From Alphaproteobacteria bacterium (lineage in GTDB: Bacteria > Pseudomonadota > Alphaproteobacteria > SHVV01): a DNA stretch of 64,000 nucleotides. Under the pieces are notes generated by a model. It did no database searches, was not told the DNA's origin, and saw only the letters and a program-made list of their open reading frames with translations. The first letter of the stretch is position 1. The number at the start of each line of letters is the position of its first letter. Shown piece after piece: positions 43,311 to 54,536 of this stretch. Location of the stretch: contig OZ253470.1 of the NCBI GenBank assembly GCA_965261735.1, forward strand, positions 672,001-736,000. Reading direction: 5' to 3'. The position numbers were made by a program, and so were the translations under genes.

Positions 43311-44333
43311 ATGAAGACACCCGATCACGCCACCGACATAGCGATCATCGGCGCCGGCCCGGTCGGGCTGTTCACGGTGTTCGAGGCCGGCATGCTGGGC
43401 ATGCGCTGCCATGTCATCGACGCGCTCGATGCGCGCGGCGGGCAATGCTACGCGCTCTATCCGCAAAAGCCGATCTACGACATCCCCGGCATCGTCCGCA
43501 TCGACGCGCTCGACCTCGTCGACCAGCTCGCCGATCAGGCCGCCCCCTTTGCGCCCGTCTACCACCTCGGGCAGCAGGTCACGACGCTCACTCGAACCGA
43601 CACCGGACGCTGGCGCATCGCTACGACCTCGGGCCTCGAGGTCGAGGCGGCGGCCGTGGTCCTGGCCGCCGGAGTGGGCGCCTTCGGTCCCAACCGGCCG
43701 CCGCTCGAGGGGCTCGCCGAGTTCGAGGGCAAGAGCGTGTTCTACATGGTACGCTGGCGCGAAGACCTGGCCGGCAAGAGAGTAGTGATCGCCGGCGGCG
43801 GCGATTCGGCTCTCGATTGGGCCTTGGACCTGGTCGGCCATGCGGCCCATGTCGCTCTCGTCCACCGCCGCCGCAAGTTCCGCGCCGCCCCGCACAGCGA
43901 GCGCCGGCTCTCGGAGCTCGCGCGCGACGGCGACCTCGAGCTCGTCGTGCCCTGTCAACTGGTCGGCCTGGAGGGGCGCGACGGGGTGTTGGAGGCGGTG
44001 CGCGTGTCCACCCTCGACGGCGAGGAGCGGCGGCTCGCGGCGGACGTGCTCCTCGCCTTCTACGGTCTGGCGATGAACCTGGGCCCGATCAGCGAATGGG
44101 GGCTTGCGCTCGAGCGCAGCCACATCACCGTCGATGCGGCCACCTGTGCGACGAATCTGCCGGGCATTTTCGCCGTCGGCGACATCGTCACCTACCCGGG
44201 CAAGCTGAAGCTGATTCTGACCGGGTTCGCCGAGGCCGCGATCGCGGTGCGCTCCGCTTATGCCCTTGTCTACCCCGGCCGCGCGCTGCACTTCGAGTAC
44301 TCGACCCACACCGGCGTGCCGGGGCGCGAGTAG
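43311..44333 (+). CDS. thioredoxin-reductase-type ferredoxin-NADP+ reductase
   Basis: GAGPVGLF, GGQC..LYPQKPIYD, GGGDSALD, YPGKLKLI, FEYST. Confidence 0.9.
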   Translation: MKTPDHATDIAIIGAGPVGLFTVFEAGMLGMRCHVIDALDARGGQCYALYPQKPIYDIPGIVRIDALDLVDQLADQAAPFAPVYHLGQQVTTLTRTDTGRWRIATTSGLEVEAAAVVLAAGVGAFGPNRPPLEGLAEFEGKSVFYMVRWREDLAGKRVVIAGGGDSALDWALDLVGHAAHVALVHRRRKFRAAPHSERRLSELARDGDLELVVPCQLVGLEGRDGVLEAVRVSTLDGEERRLAADVLLAFYGLAMNLGPISEWGLALERSHITVDAATCATNLPGIFAVGDIVTYPGKLKLILTGFAEAAIAVRSAYALVYPGRALHFEYSTHTGVPGRE

Positions 44334-44370
44334 GTTTCGCCCCCCCCCCCCGGGGCCGCGAGACGCCCGG

Positions 44371-47300
44371 CTAGGCCTGGGCCAGGGCCGTCGAGGGCGG
44401 CGACAGGCTCGCCTCGTCGCGGACGGGGAGACGGCAGGTCACGCGCGTGCCTCGGCCCGGCTCGGACTCGAGATCGACGCTGCCGCCGTGCAATTCGATG
44501 AAGCTCTTGACGAGCGACAGCCCGAGCCCCGGGCTCGGGTTGCGACCACCGCCGCGCCCGCCCTTGTGGAACCTGTCGAACACCCGAGACTGCTCGCCTG
44601 CGGCGATGCCGACGCCGGTGTCGGCGACCCACAGGGGCGACCTCGGCGCCGTCGCGACGGGCGCCGAGTGCCACGGTGCCGCCGGCGGGCGTGAACCGCA
44701 AAGCATTGCTGACGAGGTTGAATAGGACCTGCTTGATCCGGCGCTCGTCGGCATCGAGGCGGCCGATGTCGCGCGGGCAGTCGAACTCCAGCGTCACCTT
44801 GCGCCGCAGGGAGCGCTCACGAGCGAGCCCGAGCACGCTCGTCAGCATCGGCTGAATCTCGAAGGGGTGGGTCTCGAGCACCATGCGTCCGGCCTTGATC
44901 ATCGCCAGATCGAGGATGTCGTTGATCAACGTCAGTAGGTGTTACGAAGATTCGAGGACGCCCGTGTTGTACTCCCGCTGCCGGTCGGTCAAGGGGCCGA
45001 AATACGCGTCGCGCAGGATCTCGCTGAAGCCGATGATGGTGTTGAGCGGTGTCCTGAGCTGGTGCGAGACGTTGGCGATGAACTCCGACTTGAGCTTGTC
45101 GGCGGCCTCCAGCGCCTCGGTCCGGTCGCGCAGCGCACGCTCGACGTGAGTGCTGTCGGTTACGTCGAGGTAGGTGAACAGCATGCCGCCGTCGGGCAGC
45201 GGCGCGCTGGCATAGTCGAGCACGAGGCCGTCCGGCCGCTCGACGCGCGCGAAGCGGGGCTCGCGTTCAAGCGTGTGGGCGATGATGCGCGCTCGACGCG
45301 CCTGCCAATCTTCGTCCACGTCGAGCAGCGCACGCCCCCTATCGACCACGTCCGACACGTGCGGTCGGGTGTCGAGATAGCTCGGGTCGAGCTGCCAGAT
45401 CTGCGCAAAGACCGGATTGAACAGCTTGAGCCGCCCGTCGCTGCCGAACACCGCGATACCCTGCGAGAGGTGATCGATGGTCGCGCGCTGGACGGCGACC
45501 AGGGTGTTGCGCGCTCGTTCGAGCTCGAGCCGGTCGCTCACGTCCTCGTAGAAGAACAGCAAACCACCGTAAGCGTGCGGTGTCGTGACGGCACGCAGCG
45601 TGGTGCCGTCCGGGAGATGCAGCAGCTCCTCGCGCGAGTCGATCAGCGTCGTGTAGAGGTCGAAGATCGATTCTTGCCTATCCGGTTTACACCCACACCC
45701 ACTAGGGCTAGAATGGGCGCAACCCGGATATAGGGGAGCGCGCCATGGATGTTCTCGACCGCGCCGATCTCCCATTCCCGCATTCGCTACCCGAGTTCCA
45801 GCGACTTTTCCCCGATGATGCGGCCTGCGCCGCCTACCTGGAGAAAGCCCGCTGGGGAGACGGCTTTGCCTGCCCGCACTGCGGCACGGCGGGAGAGCCG
45901 TTCCACTTTGAAAACCGCCCTGGCGTCCTGCGCTGCCGCAAGTGCCGCCAGAACACCGGGCTGACGGTGGGAACAGTGATGGAGCGTAGCCACACTCCGC
46001 TGAACGTCTGGTTCTGGGCCGCTTATCTGGTCGCCAGTCAGACGCCCGGCATGTCCGCCGTGCAGTTTCAGCGGCAACTTGGTCTTTCGCGCTACGAGAC
46101 GGCCTTTCAAATTCTCCACAAGCTCCGCTCGGGCATGGTGCGGCCCAACCAAGACAGGATCGGTGGACAGCCCAAGAACCATGTTGAGGTGGACGAAACC
46201 TGGGTTGGCGGGCGAACGCGTGGGGAAGGCCGTGGTGTTCACCACAAGGTTCCCGTCTCCTGTACCATCGAGGTGCGTCATCGAAAGCCGGGCACCAAGC
46301 TCGACAACCGGAAAGACGGACGCTATGCCGGACGCGTTCGGCTCGCCGTCGTGCTCGACCGTAGCGCCGAGTCGCTCTGTGGGTTCGTCGAGAGCACCGT
46401 CGCGCCGCGATCGCTGATCGTTACTGACGATTGGAGCGGCTATGCTGGCCTCGGTAAGCGCGGCTATGAGCACTTCGCTGTTGCCGAGTGTGGTGATCCA
46501 GAGGTTGCCGAGCAATACCTGCCGATCATCCATCTGGTTTTCGCCAACCTGAAGACGTGGCTGATCGGTATCCACCACGGCGTTAGCCACCAGCACCTAC
46601 AAGCCTACCTCAACGAGTTCACCTTCCGCTTCAACAGGCGGTTCTACCCGTTCAACGCCTTCCGCTCATTGCTCGGCATCGCGGGCGACACCTCTGCTCC
46701 AACCTATGCCGAGCTTTACTCGGGAGAGTGGCGGCACCCTACATGTAGCGGTCATGGGCGTTAACCGGATAGGCAAGGATCGATTTCTTGTAGGCCGGGA
46801 AGTCGGCTTGCTCGGGTAGCCGGCGCAGCTCCCGCATCTTCTCGAGAATATCGCCATGGTGGGGCGTGCCGCGGAGCCAGTGCTCGTCGAGCTGCCAGAG
46901 CCGCGCGTAGGCCCGGTTGTAGAACTGGAGCCGCTTGTCGGGGCCGGTGATCGCTACCGCGGTCGTCAGCGTCTCGAGAAGCGCCGCGTTGGCGTCGGTG
47001 TGGCGCATGAGTTCGGCACGCAGCGCATCGAGATCGCTGATATCGCGGGCAAAACCGATGAAGGCGGCGCCGTCCGCGACGGGGGCCTCCGTGATCTCGT
47101 AGGTGCGCAGCTCGCCGCCAACGACCACGCGCCGGGCCTCGCTCTGCGCCACGCCGCTATCGCGCGCCCGCCGCGCCAAGCGCCCCGCGGTGTCCGGCCC
47201 GGCGGTCGCCGACAGCTCGATGCCGGCGCCGGCCACGGCGGTCGCGGGGTCGGTGTCGACGAGGCGGGCGTAGGCCTGGTTGCACCAGGAGAGGGCGAGG

Positions 47301-47929
47301 TCGCCGTCGCGCCGCCACATCGGCAGGGGGGCGCTATCGAGCACTTCGGCGAGGCTGCGGTGCCGGTTCTCGGCCTCGGCGAGGTGATGCGCGGTGCGCG
47401 ACAGCGCCCCGGCGCCCGCGCTCACATCACGAAACCACAGGACGAAGTCCTGCCCGCCTTCGGCGCCGCCGGCGAGCGGCCCACCCTCGACCTCGAAGGT
47501 GCGGCGGCAACCGGCGTCAACGAGGGTGAGGCTGAAAGGCGCGGCGGCCTCGCCAGCGGCGAGCCGATCCATCAGGCGGGCAAACGCCTCGCGGTCGAAA
47601 TGGCGGGCTAGCTCCTCCAGCGTCGTCACGGACCCCGCGGCCACGCCGAGGAGCCGGGCGAGCTGCGGCGAGCACACCGCGCCGCTGGCGCCAACGTGGA
47701 CGTGACCGCCCGGCGCCGAGTCCACGAGGCTCGCGAGCCGGTTTTTGTCGAGGACGAGGCGGGCGGCGCGCCGGCGCTGCATGACCCACAGAGCAACGAC
47801 GGCAGCGCCGACGACGGCAAGCGCGATGGTCGGCAGCAGAGCGATGGTCGTGTCAGCGGCGGCCAACGCCGGTCCTGGCACCACCGCCGCGAGCACACCG
47901 TTGATCGCGCCGAACCCTTTAGCTGTCAC
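44371..47929 (-). pseudogene. multi-PAS sensor histidine kinase (DivL-like), three lesions
   Basis: PAS domains, H-box [12 protein letters not shown] boxes; IS at 45673-46777, in-frame TAA at 44942, frameshift near 44635; downstream of ahcY. Confidence 0.88.
45673..46777 (+). mobile_element. IS1595-family element, copy 4; transposase 45745-46764
   Basis: IRs; 8-bp TSD GATCGATT. Confidence 0.95.
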
Positions 47930-48072
47930 CGTTGCCGCCTCCTGGCGCTCGCGTCGATCGCCTCCGGCGCCACGGCACGAGCCGAGCGGCACCCCACCGC
48001 GCACAAAACGCTATCAGCGTTAATAAAGCGTGAGTCGCCGGGGGAGTCGATACGGATTCATCGGCGTGCGAC

Positions 48073-49368
48073 CTAGTAGCGGTAGTACTCGGGCTTGAAC
48101 GGGCCCTCCCCGGCGATCCCCAGATAGGCGGCCTGGTCGGGCGTGAGCGCGGTCAGCTTGACCCCGAGTTTGGCTAGGTGCAGCGCCGCGACGCGCTCGT
48201 CAAGATGCTTGGGGAGCACATAGACCTTGTGCTCGTAGTTGGTGTGGTTGCGCCAAATCTCGATCTGCGCGAGCACCTGGTTGGTGAAGGAGTTGCTCAT
48301 GACGAAGCTCGGGTGGCCAGTGGCGCAGCCTAAGTTGACGAGCCGCCCCTCGGCCAGCACGATCAAGCGCTTACCATCGGGGAACACGACCTCGTCGACC
48401 TGGGGCTTGACGTTTTCCCACACGAGGTTGCGCAGGGCCGCGATCTGGATCTCAGAGTCGAAGTGGCCGATGTTGCAGACGATGGCGCGGTCCTTCATGA
48501 GGCGCATGTGCTCGATGGTGACGACGTCGATGTTGCCCGTCGCGGTGACGAAGATGTCGCCGGCCGGCGCCGCCTCCTCCATGGTCGTCACCTCGAAGCC
48601 CTCCATCGCCGCCTGCAGCGCGCAGATGGGATCGATCTCCGTGATCAGGACCCGGCACCCGTGGCCCTTGAGCGCCGCCGCCGAGCCCTTGCCGACGTCG
48701 CCGTAGCCGCACACCACCGCGATCTTGCCCGCGAGCATGACATCGGTCGCCCGCTTGATGCCGTCGACCAGGCTCTCGCGGCACCCGTAGAGGTTGTCGA
48801 ACTTCGACTTGGTCACCGAGTCGTTGACGTTGAAGGCAACCGTCTTGAGGGCGCCGGCCCTCGCCATTTCGTAGAGCCGATGCACGCCGGTGGTCGTCTC
48901 TTCGGATAGTCCCCTCACCTGCGACAGCAGCTCGGGGTACTTCTCGTGCATGACCTTGGTGAGGTCACCGCCGTCATCGAGCAGCATGTTCGGGCGCCAG
49001 CCGTCGGGCCCGACGATGGTCTGGTCGATCGCCGTCCAGAATTCCTCCTCGGACATGCCTTTCCAGGCGAATACCGGAACCTCGACCGCGGCGACAGCGG
49101 CGGCCGCATGGTCCTGGGTCGAGAAGATATTGCACGAGCTCCAGCGCAGCTCGGCGCCGAGCGCACGCAGGGTCTCGATAAGGACCGCCGTCTGGATGGT
49201 CATGTGCAAGCAGCCGGCGATGCGCGCCCCGGCGAGCGGGGCCTGCGGCCCGTACTCCTCGCGCAGCGCCATCAGGCCCGGCATTTCGCCTTCGGCGATC
49301 GAGATTTCCTTGCGCCCCCATTCCGCGAGGCCGATATCGGCGACCTGATAGTCCTTGAACGCGCTCAT
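48073..49368 (-). CDS. ahcY: adenosylhomocysteinase
   Basis: [39 protein letters not shown]; GGAGG RBS. Confidence 0.97.
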   Translation of the reverse strand: MSAFKDYQVADIGLAEWGRKEISIAEGEMPGLMALREEYGPQAPLAGARIAGCLHMTIQTAVLIETLRALGAELRWSSCNIFSTQDHAAAAVAAVEVPVFAWKGMSEEEFWTAIDQTIVGPDGWRPNMLLDDGGDLTKVMHEKYPELLSQVRGLSEETTTGVHRLYEMARAGALKTVAFNVNDSVTKSKFDNLYGCRESLVDGIKRATDVMLAGKIAVVCGYGDVGKGSAAALKGHGCRVLITEIDPICALQAAMEGFEVTTMEEAAPAGDIFVTATGNIDVVTIEHMRLMKDRAIVCNIGHFDSEIQIAALRNLVWENVKPQVDEVVFPDGKRLIVLAEGRLVNLGCATGHPSFVMSNSFTNQVLAQIEIWRNHTNYEHKVYVLPKHLDERVAALHLAKLGVKLTALTPDQAAYLGIAGEGPFKPEYYRY

Positions 49369-49544
49369 CAAGCCTCCTCTCGTCCGCTGCTCACCGACAT
49401 CGTGTTGTCGAAGAGATGCGGGCATGTCGTAAGGGCGCTGGCTGTATAGCAGCGCCACCCCCCACCCTCAAGACCACAAGGAGCCACCTTGCCGGTTCAA
49501 GGTTAAGAAAGCTCGCGCGCGCCCGAGCGGACCGCGCATGCCGA

Positions 49545-50429
49545 TCACGCGCGCGCACCGATGTCGCGATGGCGGACGTCGACGGGTCGGCCCTCGCCTT
49601 CGAGGAGAGCCGCGAAGCGCCGCGCGACGTACACCGAACGGTGGCGCCCTCCGGTGCAGCCGAACGCGAGCGTCAGGTACGTCTTGCCCTCACGCGCATA
49701 GTGCGGCAGCAGCGAAACAATCAGGGCGGCCAGGCGATCGAAGAAGGGCGTAAAGCGGGCGTCGGCCGCGATGTACTCACCCACCTCGTCGTCGAGGCCG
49801 GTCAAGGGGCGTAGCCGCTCTTCATAGTGCGGGTTGGCGAGGAAGCGAACGTCAATGACCAGATCGGCCTCGCGTGGCACGCCGCGGCCATAGGCGAAGG
49901 AGATGACGGAAGTCGTCATCTGCGGACTCTCCTTCAGCCGGAAGTGGCCGCCGAGAAGATCGCGCAACATGGCCGTCGTGAGGTCGGTGGTGTCCACCAC
50001 CAGCTCGCTGCTATCGCGCAAACCGGCGAGCAGCTGGCGCTCGTGGCGAATGCCGTCGATGAGCGGGCGGTCCTCCGCGAGGGGATGGCGGCGGCGCGTC
50101 TCGGTGAAGCGTCGGCGCAAGACCTCATCGTCGCAGTCGAAGAACACGAGCGTGAGCGTGAGGTCGTCTCGGGCCCTGAGAGCGGCGATTTCGGCGATCA
50201 GCGTATCGGGACGAAAGCCACGCGTGCGGATATCGGCGTCGACCGCGAGCGCGCTGCCGGCCTCGAGCCCGCCCTCGCCACCGCGATGCAGAAGCCGGCC
50301 GAGCAGCGACAGCGGCAGGTTGTCGATGGCCTCGTAGCCCAGGTCTTCGAGCACGGCGAGCGCCGCCGAGCGGCCAGCACCCGACACCCCCGTGACCAGC
50401 AGGATTCGCGCGCGCTTGTCCGCGCTCAT
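49545..50429 (-). CDS. rapZ: RapZ-family P-loop protein
   Basis: TGVSGAGRS, ETRRRHPL, DVRFLANP, GCTGGRHRSV. Confidence 0.92.
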   Translation of the reverse strand: MSADKRARILLVTGVSGAGRSAALAVLEDLGYEAIDNLPLSLLGRLLHRGGEGGLEAGSALAVDADIRTRGFRPDTLIAEIAALRARDDLTLTLVFFDCDDEVLRRRFTETRRRHPLAEDRPLIDGIRHERQLLAGLRDSSELVVDTTDLTTAMLRDLLGGHFRLKESPQMTTSVISFAYGRGVPREADLVIDVRFLANPHYEERLRPLTGLDDEVGEYIAADARFTPFFDRLAALIVSLLPHYAREGKTYLTLAFGCTGGRHRSVYVARRFAALLEGEGRPVDVRHRDIGARA

Positions 50430-52018
50430 GCCGGCAGCCGAACGGTGAAGCGGGCGCCGAGGACGCGGCCCCCGGGGTCGCGAACGTTGGCGGCGCGAAT
50501 GGTTCCGCCATGGGCCTCGACGATCTGGCGCGAGATGCTGAGGCCGAGTCCGGAATGAACCCCGAACGCCTCGCCCGCCGGCCGTGCCGTGTAGAAGCGA
50601 TTGAACACCGCTTCGAGGTCGCTCTCGGGCACGCCCGGCCCCTCGTCCTCGACCTCGATCTCGACCATGCGTTGCCCCGCCGAGGCCGTGAGGCGGATGG
50701 TGCCGCCGGCCGGGCTGAAGGAGACAGCGTTGCCCACAAGGTTGCGCACCACCTGGCCGATGCGGTCGGCGAGGCCGGCGACGACCAGCCGATCGCGATC
50801 GCGCACGGCGAGCTCGAGCTTGCTCCCGCCGAGCTCCGACGTCGCCTGGTAGGCTTCCGCCAGCCCCTCTATGAGCGCCGCGACATCAACCTCGGCAAAG
50901 GCCGCCCGCGATAGCTCGGCGTCGAGCCGCGAGGCGTCGGCGATGTCCGTGATCAGGCGGTCGAGGCGCCCGACGTCTTCGAGCATGATGGCGGCGAGGC
51001 GCTCGCGCTGCTCGGGCTCGCTCGTGCGAGCGAAGGCCTCGACGGCGCTGCGCACCGAGCTCAGCGGGTTCTTGATTTCGTGAGCGACGTCGGCGGCGAA
51101 GGCCTCGATGGCGTCGAGCCGGCCATAGAGGGCCGAGGTCATGTCGCGGAGCGAGCGCGACAGATCGCCGATCTCGTCGCGGCGGGCCGTGAAATCGGGA
51201 ATGTCGACGTAACGGCCGTGGCCGCTACGCACCCGATCAGCCGCCTGTGCGAGCCGGCGTACCGGTCGCGTGATGGTGCCGGCCAGGAACAGCGACAGCA
51301 ATACGGTGACCGCCAGCGCCGCGGCGAAGACCTGGAGGATGGCGAGCCGTTGGGCGCGGACGCTTTCGTCGATGTCGGCGGTATCGGCCGACAGCATCAG
51401 TGCCCCCAGCACCTTCTTGAATTTCTGCACGGGGAGAGCGACGCTGAGGATCACCATACCGTCGGCGGCGACGCGCCGTGCGGCGCTCGTCGCGCCGCCG
51501 AGGGCGCGGACGACCTCCGCATAATCATTCGCGTTCTGCGTCTCGGCCTCGCGGTAGGGCGGGAGGTCGGGCTGCAGTGGAAGCCGTTCGAGGACCGCGT
51601 CGTAGAACGTGTTGAGCGCGCGTTTCGCCCACCCATATTGCTCGGGTGGCGGCAGCGCGCGGCTCAACACGTCGCGCCGGGCCGCCGCGAGCCGGCGGCT
51701 GTCGACGGCGAGTCCGCCGGCGGGCAGGAACAGGCGCGCCCGCGTACCCGTGGGCAGCACGAGCCGGGGAACGAGCCGCCTGGCGCGCTCGATATCGAGC
51801 TCGATACGGGCCGGCGCGCCGCTGACCGCCTCTTCACCAATCGCACCGGCGATGATTTCCGCCTGCGTAGCGAGCGCCGCGGTCTTCACCGCCAGCAGAC
51901 CGGCGCGGTATTGGTCGAGGTGGAGCAGGCCGCCGACAAGGATAGCCAGCGCGAGCGCGTTGACCGCGAGGATGCGCCAGGTCAACGGCGACACCCGCCG
52001 CGGCCTACGCAGGCGCAA
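50426..52018 (-). CDS. chvG: sensor kinase ChvG/ExoS (start uncertain)
   Basis: RILAVN, HAMP, FAADVAHEIKNPL, SRLDAEL, HSGLGLSI. Confidence 0.9.
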   Translation of the reverse strand: MRLRRPRRVSPLTWRILAVNALALAILVGGLLHLDQYRAGLLAVKTAALATQAEIIAGAIGEEAVSGAPARIELDIERARRLVPRLVLPTGTRARLFLPAGGLAVDSRRLAAARRDVLSRALPPPEQYGWAKRALNTFYDAVLERLPLQPDLPPYREAETQNANDYAEVVRALGGATSAARRVAADGMVILSVALPVQKFKKVLGALMLSADTADIDESVRAQRLAILQVFAAALAVTVLLSLFLAGTITRPVRRLAQAADRVRSGHGRYVDIPDFTARRDEIGDLSRSLRDMTSALYGRLDAIEAFAADVAHEIKNPLSSVRSAVEAFARTSEPEQRERLAAIMLEDVGRLDRLITDIADASRLDAELSRAAFAEVDVAALIEGLAEAYQATSELGGSKLELAVRDRDRLVVAGLADRIGQVVRNLVGNAVSFSPAGGTIRLTASAGQRMVEIEVEDEGPGVPESDLEAVFNRFYTARPAGEAFGVHSGLGLSISRQIVEAHGGTIRAANVRDPGGRVLGARFTVRLPA

Positions 52019-52070
52019 CTCGGGATTCGCGACCAGGCGCGGCCCGGCGATGAGCCCGCTGTTCGCGCCG

Positions 52071-52781
52071 CTACGCTTTGAGGGGGTCAGCGTAGCGGTA
52101 GCCAAGGCCGTACAGGGTCTCGATATGGGCGAATCCGTCGTCGACCGCCTTGAACTTCTTGCGCAGGCGCTTGACGTGGCTGTCGATGGTGCGGTCGTCG
52201 ACATAGACGTGTTCGTCGTAAGCGGCGTCCATGAGCTGATCGCGGCTCTTGACGTGGCCGGGCCGCGTCGCCAACGCCCACAGGATGAGAAACTCGGTGA
52301 CCGTCAGATCGACGCTGCGGCCGCACCACGAGCACATGTGACGGCCCGGGTCGAGCACGAGATCGCCGCGCGATATGGCCTCGCGCCCGCGCTCCTCGGC
52401 GGGGCTCCCGGCACGCAAGTCGGCGCGCCTTAGCACGGCCCGAATGCGCTCGATCAGCAGGCGCTGCGAGAAGGGCTTTCGAATATAGTCGTCGGCGCCC
52501 ATCTTCAGGCCCAGCATCTCGTCGATCTCTTCATCCTTCGAGGTCAGGAAGATGGCGGGAATCTCGCTGTGCCGGCGCAGCCGGCTGAGAAGCTCCATGC
52601 CATCCATGTGCGGCATCTTGATATCGATGACGACGAGATCGGCGGGCTGATCCGCGAGCCCGCACAACGCCGCGGTACCGTCGGCGTAGGTATGCACGCG
52701 AAACCCCTCGGCCTCGAGCGCGATCGACACCGAGGCCAGGATGTTGCGGTCATCATCGACAAGCGCGATCGTGCTCGTCAC
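52071..52781 (-). CDS. chvI: response regulator ChvI
   Basis: [35 protein letters not shown]. Confidence 0.95.
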   Translation of the reverse strand: MTSTIALVDDDRNILASVSIALEAEGFRVHTYADGTAALCGLADQPADLVVIDIKMPHMDGMELLSRLRRHSEIPAIFLTSKDEEIDEMLGLKMGADDYIRKPFSQRLLIERIRAVLRRADLRAGSPAEERGREAISRGDLVLDPGRHMCSWCGRSVDLTVTEFLILWALATRPGHVKSRDQLMDAAYDEHVYVDDRTIDSHVKRLRKKFKAVDDGFAHIETLYGLGYRYADPLKA

Positions 52782-52862
52782 GCGAGACCTCCCATGGGCT
52801 GCAACCAATGTAGCGCAATATGGTCCGGCGCCATACGGTCCTTGTGCCCTGGGGCCGGGTAC

Positions 52863-54260
52863 TCAGGCACCGCGGGAGGCGACCACAAGAGGGCGGATGT
52901 GGCGCCGCGAGATGACGCTGAAGCGCCACGCCAGCGCCGCCGCCGCCATGGCCAGGCCGGCGCTCAAGCCGGCGAGCAAGCCCGCCACCCCGCCCTCGAG
53001 CCAGAAGGCGAATAGGGTGGCCAGTGGCACCATCAGGAAAAGGTTGGTCGTGATCACGATCCAGGCCGGCACCCACACGTCGCCGGCACCCCGCAGCGCC
53101 CCGAGGAGGACCTGCTGGGCGCCGGAAACCGCGAGCGCCAGTGCGGCCAGGGCGAGCAGCGCGGCGGTCACCTCCTGGACCGCGCTATCGAAGGTGTAGA
53201 CGGCCGAAATCGTTTTGGGCACGGCCATCATCGGGACGGCAAATCCGGCCATCAGCACGACGAGAAGCGCGAACCCGGTCCAGCCGGCGATCGCGGTACC
53301 GTGGCGGTCACCGCCGCCGACGGCGACGCCCACGCGCACCGTCGTCGCGGCCGCCAACCCCGCCGAGCAAAGGATCCCGAGGGTGATGACGTTATTGAGA
53401 ACGTTGAAGGCCGCGAGCGCCAGGGTCCCGAGATAGCCCGCCAGCACCACGAGCGTCTGCGAGGCCAGGGTTTCCAGCCCCTGGGCGAAACCGACCGGAT
53501 AGCCGAGCCGGCGCAGCGTGCGCCCCTCGGACCAGGCGCCGCGCAGGCTGCCGCGCACGCCGTAGCGGCGGTGTTCGGTGCGCAGCACGATGACGGCGAT
53601 AAGCGCGCCGGCGGCGAGCCAGCGCACCGTCGACGTAGCCAGCACCGCACCCATGGCGCCGAGCGCCGGGGCGCCGAGGTTGCCGTAGATGAGCACCCAG
53701 TTGAGCCCGGCGTTGATGAGGTTGGCGACGAGCATGATCACCATGGCCGCGGCCGGCCGGCTCACGCCCTCGAGGAAGAAGCCCGAGGCCGCGAACAGTA
53801 GAACGCCCGGCATGCCCCAGGCATACATGAGCAGGACCTGCCCGCCGCCGGCGGCGATGGCCGGGTCCTGGCCGATGGCGAACAACAACGGCCCGCCGGG
53901 CACGCACAAGAGCCCGCCGAGGATACCAAGGCCTGCGGCATGGACGAGGGCTACGCGCCAGGTTCGCCCACAGCGCGAGACGTCACCGGCGCCGTAGGCT
54001 TGGGCGGTCAGGATTGCGGTGCCTCGCAGCATGCCGAGGCCAACCAGCATCAATACGGTCTGTACCGCCGAACCGATGCCGAGGTAGGCGAGTTCCGCGG
54101 CACCGGCATGGCCCGTCATCACCATGTCGATGACGATGAGGAACAAGACGCCGGCCCGCGTAACGATAACCGGTGCCGCCAGCCGGGTGATGGCGCCCGT
54201 ATGAAATCGCAACGACTGCACGCTCGATGCCCCGGCCCGCGGCGGCTGCGCTTGTGGCAT
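52863..54260 (-). CDS. MATE family efflux transporter
   Basis: LAAPV..., LNWVLIYGNLGAPALGAMGA, GALRGAGD; about 12 TM. Confidence 0.88.
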   Translation of the reverse strand: MPQAQPPRAGASSVQSLRFHTGAITRLAAPVIVTRAGVLFLIVIDMVMTGHAGAAELAYLGIGSAVQTVLMLVGLGMLRGTAILTAQAYGAGDVSRCGRTWRVALVHAAGLGILGGLLCVPGGPLLFAIGQDPAIAAGGGQVLLMYAWGMPGVLLFAASGFFLEGVSRPAAAMVIMLVANLINAGLNWVLIYGNLGAPALGAMGAVLATSTVRWLAAGALIAVIVLRTEHRRYGVRGSLRGAWSEGRTLRRLGYPVGFAQGLETLASQTLVVLAGYLGTLALAAFNVLNNVITLGILCSAGLAAATTVRVGVAVGGGDRHGTAIAGWTGFALLVVLMAGFAVPMMAVPKTISAVYTFDSAVQEVTAALLALAALALAVSGAQQVLLGALRGAGDVWVPAWIVITTNLFLMVPLATLFAFWLEGGVAGLLAGLSAGLAMAAAALAWRFSVISRRHIRPLVVASRGA

Positions 54261-54536
54261 GGGCGCCACTCTACACCGCGCGCCGATCGGGGTGACAGAA
54301 CGGCACCGCCGGGGGCATGGCGCGACCACGGCCGCCGCGCAGCTCGCGCGCGGCCGGGGAATAGCGGTTGCACCGCTTTTACGCGCACCGTATCTTGGCG
54401 ATGGAGGGACGATCGTCGGAACCTGCCGTAAAACCGCCCGTTAAGACGGACGGCAGAACCGTCGCCGGGACGAGGTGAGGCGCGCCGGCCGGAGGGTCAT
54501 TCGGACCCTTCCTGGAGTGCCAAACTGGAGGTTTGC

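Noticed and set aside
44340-44351. C12 homopolymer as phase-variation switch
   Set aside because: Lies between two convergent stop codons, outside promoters and ORFs.
49369-49545. SAH riboswitch upstream of ahcY
   Set aside because: Core motif not seen; only a possible TTGAGG-N16-TATACA promoter.
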